This document shows positions 1 to 7,253 of a DNA stretch of 64,000 nucleotides, in pieces. The position numbers were made by a program, and so were the translations under genes. Source of the stretch: an uncultured Candidatus Sumerlaeota bacterium (GTDB lineage: Bacteria > Bacillota > SLNR01); the NCBI GenBank assembly GCA_964600665.1, contig CAZRKC010000006.1, forward strand, positions 11,319 through 75,318, read 5' to 3'. The notes below the pieces were generated by a model. It ran no database searches, was not told the DNA's origin, and saw only the letters and a list, made by a program, of their open reading frames with translations. Each line of letters opens with the position of its first letter. Position 1 is the first letter of the stretch.

Positions 1-926
1 AGATTCCGGACTGCCGCTGACTCATTCATATACTCCACCGCCACCACCCGACCATTCCCCTCCACATTGGGAAGGATCTGCTGGGAAATGACACCTCGGA
101 GGGAGTCTGCCAATTGCTGCCGTACCTGCTCACGCTGGTGTTCTGCGAACACATCCACCACCCGGTGGATGGTCAAAGGGGCCGTTTGGGTATGCAAAGT
201 AGAGATGACCAGATGCCCGGTCTCAGCTGCCGTCAGAGCGATATGGATACTCTCCAGATCCCGCATCTCCCCGATTAGAATAACATCCGGGTCGTGTCGC
301 AGAACATGCCGCAAGGCATTCCCAAATGACTGGGTATCCACACCCACTTCCCGCTGTCGAATCGTGGATTTTTTGTTGCTGTGCATAAATTCGATGGGAT
401 CTTCCACGGTGACAATGTTGACATTTCGTTCTTCATTAATGACGTTAATCATAGCCGCCATGGTCGTCGACTTGCCACTACCCGTGGGTCCTGTCACCAG
501 GATCAATCCGCGACTTAAAAAACAGAGTTTACGAATATCCGCCGGCAACCCCAATGATTCCAGTTTGGGAATCTCATAGGGGATGGCCCGCAATGCCGCA
601 GATAGACTGTTCCGCTGATACATGACATTGCCGCGATACCGGGAAATTCCCGGTATCGAATGGGAGAAATCCAACTCCCACTCATCTTTTAATTTTTGCA
701 TATGATAGTCTTTGACAATTTGACGTAATAGATCTTCCACATTTTCTGTGGATAACCGGGGATAATCCAATGCCACCAGTTCCCCATAAATTCGAGCCAT
801 GGGTGCTGAGCCGGCTGTCAAATGCAAGTCTGACGCCTTATTCTCCACAATCTGCCGCAACATTGCATCCATGGTCACCGGATACGCTGATTTTCCCTGC
901 ATGATGCTGGTATCACTCAAAGTCAT
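1..926 (-). CDS. pilT: Type IV pilus retraction ATPase PilT (C-terminal end runs off the window start)
   Basis: Minus-strand translation from ATG 926 (alternative ATG 872 = [18 protein letters not shown]) gives [20 protein letters not shown], Walker A [62 protein letters not shown]. There is no stop before position 1, so it is absent from the ORF track. The listed + ORF 67..579 is its antisense. Confidence 0.9.
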   Translation of the reverse strand, partial: [308 protein letters not shown]

Positions 927-955
927 CATCTCCCTGTGCAAACAACATCAGGTAA

Positions 956-2149
956 TTATACACCGCCCACAGACTGGATCAACTCGAGCATATCCGCGAT
1001 TACTTTGATATTGTCCGGAGTTTCCTCCACCCAAAGATATCCATCAATGATCACCATCTTGGACGCAAACTTATTACTAAATGCATAGTTCAACCGACTC
1101 ATGAGAACGGTTAAATCAGCTTCTTCACCCTGAGCTAGCGGCATCCGAATCGCAGTCGCCGATGTGGCACTGGAATCGATACTTTCCAAAGCGGCTTTCA
1201 CCGGTGCAGCCAGATTGGCCGGCACCACGATGACCAGGTTTTTACTGAATTCGGGGTAATTCAAAGTGATGATCTGAATGCCCTGGAATCCAAACTGAAC
1301 CAGTCGATCGGAAGCATATTGGGCTGATACATTCTGCAAAGTATGAGACACCAATGTTGCCTGCTGACCCGGGATATCCACTTCATCCACCAACATGGCC
1401 ACTTTATAAACCGCTTGCGGGGTCCCCTGGATCCAGAGGATCTGCGGGTTCGCTGTCATGGATATTTGCTGCAGCGGTATCCCCAGACTGGAAATAATAC
1501 CCTTCAAGGTGTCCGCCGTGATGTATTGTAAATTAAAGCGGGTAATGACCATTTGTTTGTAAAAGTCCGTTTGTAGCCGTTCCAGTTTGCCCACAATGAT
1601 CAGATTACCGTCCTTGATGTAACTCAAAGAGTAAGTCTGAACAAAGAGTTCCAATGCCCGTATAGGTGAAACATTTTCGATTTTGAAGGTTACCCGAATG
1701 GGTTCATCAATATACAGAATCTGAACACACAATTTCATGGAAATAGCCGTCAACACATCTCGTATATCCGCATTGACGACATCAATACTGATATTGCCGG
1801 TGGCAAGTCCCGGAGGACAAGGATTAACAGGCTCTCCGCCTTTGCCCCAGTCGTCATCATCAGTGGCATCCAGTGCGTTCACTTCGCCATTGGTGGGGAT
1901 CTTCAATTCCTGTCCGGCAACAATCACATTGGCATTAGACAGATTATTAGCCGCCACAATGGCTTCTTTTGTGACATTGTATTTCTTGGCTATGGTCGAG
2001 AGGTATTCGCCATACTGGACCTTATGAATGATATAGTCTCCCTCAGCAAACGCGGAACTCAAGAGAACCAGGCTCTGGAGAGAGAGTATAATGATCATGA
2101 GGCCAATCAGCCATGCTCTCTTCGATCCTTTGACTCGTTGGACCATCAT
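956..2149 (-). CDS. Secreted/anchored LysM protein with PilQ-type N0 and secretin_N (NolW-like) ring domains but no secretin beta-barrel
   Basis: 397 aa with an N-terminal hydrophobic signal/anchor and RBS GAGGTGG. LysM: DYIIHKVQYGEYLSTIAKKYNVTKEAIVAANNLSNANVIVAGQELKIP. PilQ N0-like: ISIDVVNADIRDVLTAISMKL..VTFKIENVSPIRALELFVQTYSLSYIKDGNLIIVG. Secretin_N-like: VITRFNLQYITADTLKGIISSLG..ILWIQGTPQAVYKVAMLVDEVD. About two more similar modules follow. The ORF stops 30 nt before pilT, leaving no room for a barrel domain. Confidence 0.65.
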   Translation of the reverse strand: MMVQRVKGSKRAWLIGLMIIILSLQSLVLLSSAFAEGDYIIHKVQYGEYLSTIAKKYNVTKEAIVAANNLSNANVIVAGQELKIPTNGEVNALDATDDDDWGKGGEPVNPCPPGLATGNISIDVVNADIRDVLTAISMKLCVQILYIDEPIRVTFKIENVSPIRALELFVQTYSLSYIKDGNLIIVGKLERLQTDFYKQMVITRFNLQYITADTLKGIISSLGIPLQQISMTANPQILWIQGTPQAVYKVAMLVDEVDIPGQQATLVSHTLQNVSAQYASDRLVQFGFQGIQIITLNYPEFSKNLVIVVPANLAAPVKAALESIDSSATSATAIRMPLAQGEEADLTVLMSRLNYAFSNKFASKMVIIDGYLWVEETPDNIKVIADMLELIQSVGGV

Positions 2150-2180
2150 TTACCACCTCTATCCTGTATTGGCCGTGGAC

Positions 2181-2657
2181 CTATCGGTCCGCCAGCTGTA
2201 AAGTCATGTCATTGTCCTCGTATTGAAGATCAACCGATTTTTCCGCGATGCTGATGACTTTCCAGTAATCTGCGATTCGTTCGCCGCGTTTTAGCACATA
2301 CGCTGTACCACCGGCTTCAATGATGCAGAGATGATTGCCGTCACCGCTTAATACCAACCCGACCAGCTTCATGGGTCCTGAGAAGGGATCTGCTCCGCTG
2401 CTCTCAAAGGGATCCTGATAGGTTCGGACTGTCTGCGGGAGGACGGTGGTATTCTCGTTGCTACCGCTGGCTTCTGCAATGGCCATACTGTTATTGTCAA
2501 CCGGCGCTTTTCCCCCGATCATACCCATCGCAAACCCGGCCACTAATGCCAAAACCAGAACACCGGCCACAGCGGCAGCGATCTTCAGTTTATGATTCAG
2601 AAACGGTAGCTTCTTGCTTTTGTGTTCACTGCCCTTAATATCCGCCAACACCAACAC
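2181..2657 (-). CDS. PilP-like pilus assembly protein (N-terminal TM anchor plus C-terminal beta domain)
   Basis: 158 aa, GTG start next to AAAGGAG. TM segment IAAAVAGVLVLALVAGFAMGMIGG. The C-terminal segment MKLVGLVLSGDGNHLCIIEAGGTAYVLKRGERIADYWKVISIAEKSVDLQYEDNDMTLQL matches the PilP / GspC-HR pattern. It lies between pilD and the PilQ-N-like gene. Confidence 0.5.
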   Translation of the reverse strand: MLVLADIKGSEHKSKKLPFLNHKLKIAAAVAGVLVLALVAGFAMGMIGGKAPVDNNSMAIAEASGSNENTTVLPQTVRTYQDPFESSGADPFSGPMKLVGLVLSGDGNHLCIIEAGGTAYVLKRGERIADYWKVISIAEKSVDLQYEDNDMTLQLADR

Positions 2658-2746
2658 TCCTTTCCATGAAAAGCTGCAAAATTCGACCTGTTGATCTCAT
2701 CTCACTGACATGCCCGTTCATCTGTGTTTTCATATGTTCGATACGA

Positions 2747-3493
2747 TCACCACCCGATCCATCCAAGATAAATTTGTAAAATCCGATGACCCCAAAGAAT
2801 CGCCATCATGATCCCCAGGGATAAAAAGGGTCCAAAAGGGATAAAATCTTTTCGTTTGCGAATCCCGGTGGCAATCAGCGTAACACCAACCACTGATCCG
2901 GCAAGGACACTGATAAACAGAGCAATCGCCGTCATGGCCGGTCCCAGGATAAAACCTGCAGCCGCCAGAAGTTTGATATCTCCGCCCCCCATGCCACCCT
3001 TGCTTAACACAGCCGCCACCAACAGGATACCGCCACCCAAAAGCCCCCCAGCCAGAGCCTGCCACCACAGAACCGGCGGCGCAACGATCTGCCAAAACAA
3101 TCCCCACAGAAAAATCGTCAGGACTAACCCATCCGGAATGATCTGATGATCCAGGTCAATAAAGGCCACCACCACGATGAGGCTGAACAAGACAGCGATT
3201 TTGATGAAACCAGCCGCGGTACCAGTATTGACCCAGGCGACGGCAAACAGCACGCCCGTTAGAAGTTCCACTGCCGGGTAACGTGCCGAAATGGGACCGC
3301 CGCAGTAAGCGCACTTCCCGCCCAGCCGCAACCAGCTGACAATGGGAACCAAGTCCAGAGCCGAAAGCCGGGTGTTGCAGCGAGGACAATGGGACGGTGG
3401 ATAAACGATGGACTCTCCAGCCGGTATACGGTATATACATACATTCAAGAATGATCCCGTCACCAGACCGAACAGAAAGGCAATCACCGTCAT
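2747..3493 (-). CDS. pilD: Prepilin peptidase / N-methyltransferase (A24 family)
   Basis: 248 aa. Has FLNVCIYRIPAGESIVYPPSHCPRCNTRLSALDLVPIVSWLRLGGKCAYCGGPISARYPAVELLTG (four-Cys zinc knuckle), a polytopic membrane body, and the conserved GGGDIKLLAAAG aspartate motif. Confidence 0.9.
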   Translation of the reverse strand: MTVIAFLFGLVTGSFLNVCIYRIPAGESIVYPPSHCPRCNTRLSALDLVPIVSWLRLGGKCAYCGGPISARYPAVELLTGVLFAVAWVNTGTAAGFIKIAVLFSLIVVVAFIDLDHQIIPDGLVLTIFLWGLFWQIVAPPVLWWQALAGGLLGGGILLVAAVLSKGGMGGGDIKLLAAAGFILGPAMTAIALFISVLAGSVVGVTLIATGIRKRKDFIPFGPFLSLGIMMAILWGHRILQIYLGWIGW

Positions 3494-3901
3494 ACCGTGT
3501 ACCCCACTTTCTTGGGAAAAACTTGCTTTTCAACCATCGTCTCCACAAAACCAGTGACAGCAGGTATTTGAAGCAGTAAATACTTCTACCAGAAAAAGTC
3601 ATATCCTTCTGCCAATTTAAATAAATTCAACATATTCACCAAATCCTGCAAATATTTCTGGGATCGTGCGCTGGCGGGTATATTTTCACTCTTCACTTTC
3701 GGCTGCCGGCAGGGATTTTCTCTGCCCTGACGAAAATACCCGTCAAACAATGTAATCGGAGACAGCAAAGCCCGGTTTCTTCACCGGACTGGTATTATCG
3801 CTCCCCGTACCGGGTTGATCACCCACGATCCGAGAAAACCCGAAGCATGCGGTACTGCCAAACCCTGCACCTATTTATTTTCCGTATCCTTGTTTAGACG
3901 T
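3494..3901 (-). promoter_or_regulatory. Long (about 400 nt) untranslated leader of the pilD operon; unclassified, stem-loop rich
   Basis: It lies between a near-consensus sigmaA promoter (3909..3937, minus) and the pilD ATG. No credible ORF and no pilin-like GFTLIE motif in any frame. Several GC-rich hairpins, e.g. CCGGU-GAAGAA-ACCGG and CGGGUU..AACCCG. Confidence 0.35.
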
Positions 3902-3918
3902 CAGGACGATTGTATACT
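3890..3918 (+). promoter_or_regulatory. Possible sigmaA-type promoter for the PLP-dependent dehydratase gene, overlapping the divergent pil promoter
   Basis: TTGTTT-N17-TATACT on the plus strand. Its -10 overlaps the -10 of the minus-strand promoter. Confidence 0.3.
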
Positions 3919-3937
3919 GGTTTTAAAGCTTTGTCAA
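3909..3937 (-). promoter_or_regulatory. SigmaA-type promoter reading toward pilD
   Basis: The minus-sense sequence is TTGACA-aagctttaaaaccagta-TACAAT, with a 17-nt spacer. Confidence 0.5.
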
Positions 3938-3990
3938 TAAATATGTCTGAATTATTAGAAATTTTCCAATAATTCGAGAGAGGTGAAATC

Positions 3991-4953
3991 ATGGTCACTT
4001 TTTTGGATGTGGTCAAAGCCAGAAACAATATTTTCCCGTATGTTAAACCCACGCCATTGGAGCATTCCCTGCGACTCAGCCAGATGCTAGGGTGCGATGT
4101 GTATCTCAAACTGGAAAACTTCCGGGAGCTACGCTCATTTAAAGTCCGGGGTGCCACCAACTTTATCGTATCCCGCCTCCCGGAATGCCAGGCCCACGGT
4201 GTGGTGGCCGCATCCGGCGGCAGTCACGCCCTGGGTGTTGCATATGCCGCTCGTGCCAATGGGATCCCGGCGACCATCGTGATGACGGAACGGGCACCAA
4301 AAAATCTGCAGCACATTGTGGCCAGTTACGGAGCGACTGTGGAAGTCAGCGGTCAAGTCTACGATGATGCCTCCCGCCGTGCCAAAGACATATCCGCCCA
4401 GACCGGCGCCCTCCTCATCGATTCATTCAATGACCCGTATATCATTGCTGGACAAGGGACCATCGCCTTGGAAATCATGGAGAATCTGCCCGATGTCAAT
4501 GCAGTAATTTGCCCGGTGGGGGGCGGCGGCTTGCTGGCCGGCGTATCCCTGGCCATCAAATCCACCACTCCGGGCTGTAAAATATTCGGGGTAGAACCGG
4601 AGACAGCGAACGCTATGTACCGATCATTTGAAGCCGGCCACCTGGTGGAAGTGGAAAACCCCCACAGCATTGCCGACAAGCTTGTTACCCGCAGTACCGG
4701 ACAGCTGGTGTTTGACCTTGCCCGAATACACACGGATCAGGTTTTTTGTGTCAGCGACCTGCAGATCCAGGAAGCCGTCTTTATGCTCCTCAATGATGCC
4801 GGCCTCTTAATTGAAGGAGCTGGGGCCGCACCCTTGGCGTTACTCAACAGCCACCAGACTGATTTATCGGGAAAGAAGGTCGTCTTGATTCTTACAGGTG
4901 GGAATATCGATCCGGCCGTTTTAAAGTCCATCCTCCAGCAATCTGGATGTTGA
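3991..4953 (+). CDS. PLP-dependent threonine/serine ammonia-lyase (short, catabolic type without ACT domain)
   Basis: 320 aa, RBS GAGAGGTG. Has the PLP-lysine motif LRSFKVRGATN and the glycine loop CPVGGGGLLAGV. Overall resembles TdcB/IlvA N-domain or serine racemase family. Confidence 0.8.
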   Translation: MVTFLDVVKARNNIFPYVKPTPLEHSLRLSQMLGCDVYLKLENFRELRSFKVRGATNFIVSRLPECQAHGVVAASGGSHALGVAYAARANGIPATIVMTERAPKNLQHIVASYGATVEVSGQVYDDASRRAKDISAQTGALLIDSFNDPYIIAGQGTIALEIMENLPDVNAVICPVGGGGLLAGVSLAIKSTTPGCKIFGVEPETANAMYRSFEAGHLVEVENPHSIADKLVTRSTGQLVFDLARIHTDQVFCVSDLQIQEAVFMLLNDAGLLIEGAGAAPLALLNSHQTDLSGKKVVLILTGGNIDPAVLKSILQQSGC

Positions 4954-5260
4954 CCGGGATGAAGTTCGCATCCGATAAAAGCGAGCACATCTGGTGCCGT
5001 AAACGATATCGCTTTCTGCCACCAGTCATCACAACTAACAACAAGAATAATCCCTGATTATCTACCCAATATCGTCTTCAAAACATCCTTCTCGCAACAC
5101 TCTGTGGATGTCTGCATTGGTATAATCTTGAATCCATCATATTCGTGTAAACCTGTCGAGATTTGACTTGCCGACGCGAATCCCAATCTTGCCAAATATT
5201 CCCCTTAAATAATGAAGTATTTGATTCGTTTGCCCGACTTATCAAAATCAAAGAGTATCC

Positions 5261-5296
5261 AAAACATTAAGAAGGATCCATGTGGATGGATCCTTC
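5261..5296 (-). terminator. Intrinsic terminator downstream of the 5360..7015 surface-protein gene
   Basis: Perfect 11-bp stem GAAGGATCCAT / ATGGATCCTTC with a 4-nt loop, followed on the minus strand by UUAAUGUUUU. Confidence 0.6.
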
Positions 5297-5359
5297 TCTT
5301 CTCGCCTGATAATCATCATCTTCAAAGACAGCAAATTCCACTGCAGAATCGATCGTTCC

Positions 5360-7015
5360 TCAGCGACCTTGATTGCGCCGTTTCAACATGATGACGGATC
5401 CCCATAATGCCATTGCATACATCAATGAGACGGCAGATGAACCGCCCGTATCGGGAATCGTTTCATCCTCACCTGCAGCCATGGGGGTCCCGCTGACCTC
5501 AGCTGATAATGCACTGAAATAGATATTATGTCCAGCCTGAACTGCAAAATAATAGGGAGTCCCATTGGTTAGACCTGTGATCGTGCATGATGTACCGTTA
5601 TATACCGACTCTTCATGGGTTAATGATCCGGATGTCGTCCCATAGTAAATGTAGTAGTACGCACCGGGAACACTATTCCAACTCAGTTGCACATACCCAT
5701 CTCCCCGGATTACTTCCAAGCCGGTGGGTACAGGGGGTGTTTCGTTGTCACTGACCTGAACGGGAAGGTTGGCAGCTCCCAGTTCTGCCCCGCCAGTAGG
5801 GCTACTGAGCACATAAGCGTAATCCACATATCCATGGTATTCGCTATCGTTGAGGGTTGTGCAAGGGATATACTTACTACTGCCGTCACCGTCTGCCCAT
5901 GTCAAGGTACCGGAATACGCTGTAAAATGAATCCCTGCTAATGCCGTGCCTTCCACTGTGTTGTAAGACACGGATACTTCTCCGTCTGTGCCGCCGACCC
6001 GCTGGACCGGTATGAAACCGGAGTATCCTTCATATGTGCCCATACTGCTATATTCAAATTGGATCAAACCATGAGACGGCGGCACCGCTACGGTCACCGT
6101 AACTGTCCAATCCTGGGTCGTACCATCATCTGCTGTGACCGTGTAGTGGACGGGACTGGAAAAATCCTGTCCCACTCCAGATGCCGGCTGTAAGGTTGCA
6201 TCAGGAGATACGGCGATGTCAGGGATTAAGGCGGTGATATCCGTACCATATGCGACTTCTATCGTCACAGTGTGCAAATCATTATCGATCAGAGCTGCAC
6301 CAGTTTCCTCACTTAGTGAAAAACCGGTAATCAACTTTGCACTGCTGGCCAACCGCAAAACCACATCATCGAACGCAATCTCGTTCGTTCCGATATTGCC
6401 GGCAAATAAGCCCACATCGGTGGCATCCAGTGACGGATGCATGGGAATGTCAGCAGCTCGCAGTGTCCCGTCAATATAGATGGTATACGTCCGAGCCGTC
6501 AGATCATGCGCCATCTTGACATGATACCATTGTCCCATTGTATAGGATTGAAGTGTCACTAAGTTTCCTTGATCACCATTAGAGATGGCTTTGATATTCC
6601 CATCCGACTCGAAAAATATCCCGGCAACCCGAGTTCCCCAAGTGCCAGCCGGGTTGTAGAGAACGAACCCTCCCGGCCAGGTCGCCGAAATCGGTCGCAC
6701 ATAAGCCTCTAAAACCAATGTCTCGGGTAATGGTGAGGGCAACGAAACCAGCTGTTCCGATGACCAAAAGTGAGCACCCTGGAGGCGAAACACTTTGGTG
6801 GGTGATCCATCATGTCCATTCATGGTCATCACTTTTTGATTGGCATCGCCAGTCCCATTGTACAGAATCCGGAAAGTGTCAGGATACGCATCCTCTGCAT
6901 AGCTTTCAAAACTTTCGCTGAAGAATTCCAGTGCACCAAAGACCGGAACAAAGGGTACACATATGACAAGCAATGCCGCAAGCGTTAAAGCAACTAGCTT
7001 CTTGATCACCATCAT
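5360..7015 (-). CDS. Large cell-surface protein: signal peptide, LamG/concanavalin-like domain, Ig-like domain, Calx-beta-like domain, fibronectin type III domain, C-terminal IPDTG sorting signal
   Basis: 551 aa. Signal MMVIKKLVALTLAALLVICVPFVPVFGA. Calx-beta-like IQFEYSSMGTYEGYSGFIPVQRVGGTDGEVSVSYNTVEGTALAGIHFTAYSGTLTWADGD. FN3-like PPVPTGLEVIRGDGYVQLSWNSVPGAYYYIYYG. The C-terminus ETIPDTG + SSAVSLMYAMALWGSVIML + KRRNQGR has sortase-signal architecture. Confidence 0.7.
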   Translation of the reverse strand: MMVIKKLVALTLAALLVICVPFVPVFGALEFFSESFESYAEDAYPDTFRILYNGTGDANQKVMTMNGHDGSPTKVFRLQGAHFWSSEQLVSLPSPLPETLVLEAYVRPISATWPGGFVLYNPAGTWGTRVAGIFFESDGNIKAISNGDQGNLVTLQSYTMGQWYHVKMAHDLTARTYTIYIDGTLRAADIPMHPSLDATDVGLFAGNIGTNEIAFDDVVLRLASSAKLITGFSLSEETGAALIDNDLHTVTIEVAYGTDITALIPDIAVSPDATLQPASGVGQDFSSPVHYTVTADDGTTQDWTVTVTVAVPPSHGLIQFEYSSMGTYEGYSGFIPVQRVGGTDGEVSVSYNTVEGTALAGIHFTAYSGTLTWADGDGSSKYIPCTTLNDSEYHGYVDYAYVLSSPTGGAELGAANLPVQVSDNETPPVPTGLEVIRGDGYVQLSWNSVPGAYYYIYYGTTSGSLTHEESVYNGTSCTITGLTNGTPYYFAVQAGHNIYFSALSAEVSGTPMAAGEDETIPDTGGSSAVSLMYAMALWGSVIMLKRRNQGR

Positions 7016-7208
7016 CGACTCCTCTCCATCCTCATGATACAGGTATTCGCACAGATGAAACCATTTCCTTTCTCCATATTCAACTCATATCAATTTATCT
7101 TGATCATTTTTCCCTTTGACCCCGATTAAATCATCATCGACCCATCCCATTTGGTATTCCATATGATTCAAAGCCTCGTTGCCTGTTCAAGGAACCCCTC
7201 TAGTCCGT

Positions 7209-7242
7209 AAAAAAAGGGACCATCTCATGATGGTCCCTTTTT
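7209..7242 (-). terminator. Intrinsic terminator after aor
   Basis: Stem GGGACCATC / GATGGTCCC with loop TCAT, flanked by an A-run and a T-run, so it could act in both directions. Confidence 0.65.
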
Positions 7243-7253
7243 GTGAATCAGCC

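Noticed and set aside
67-579. 170-aa plus-strand ORF at the window start
   Set aside because: It is antisense to an unmistakable PilT coding sequence (Walker A [9 protein letters not shown] on the minus strand). It is Cys/Arg/Ser-rich with no RBS, so it is a typical shadow ORF.
2730-3602. Overlapping minus-strand ORFs 2730..3107 and 3156..3602 and plus ORF 2808..3146 within pilD
   Set aside because: They are alternative frames of the well-supported prepilin peptidase gene, with Gly/Trp/Arg-rich composition typical of off-frame translation.
3586-3768. 60-aa minus-strand ORF inside the pilD leader (contains ITLFDG, vaguely like the prepilin FTLIE)
   Set aside because: It has no RBS, no Gly-Phe cleavage site, no hydrophobic helix after the motif, and Asp instead of the invariant Glu5. 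It is not a pilin.
3761-3775. GACAGCAAAGCCCGG on the plus strand, resembling the GACGCAAAGCC core of the c-di-GMP-I (GEMM) riboswitch
   Set aside because: It is on the wrong strand for the pil operon. The first-half GGCAAACC/tetraloop hairpin is absent, there is an extra A in the core, and the plus-strand downstream gene is an amino-acid dehydratase. Probably a chance match; only a covariance-model scan could revive it.
3840-3870. GGCAGTACCGCATGC (minus sense), reminiscent of the T-box GGGTGGTACCGCG
   Set aside because: It sits at the 5' end of the leader rather than next to a terminator. No specifier-loop/Stem I features, no following terminator with a U tract, and pilD is not an amino-acid-related gene.
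4954-5260. About 300-nt gene-free stretch with an extended -10-like TGGTATAAT (about 5119-5127) pointing toward the 5271 hairpin; possible sRNA
   Set aside because: There is no convincing -35, the hairpin lacks a plus-strand U tract and is better explained as the terminator of the minus-strand surface-protein gene. No conservation evidence is available.
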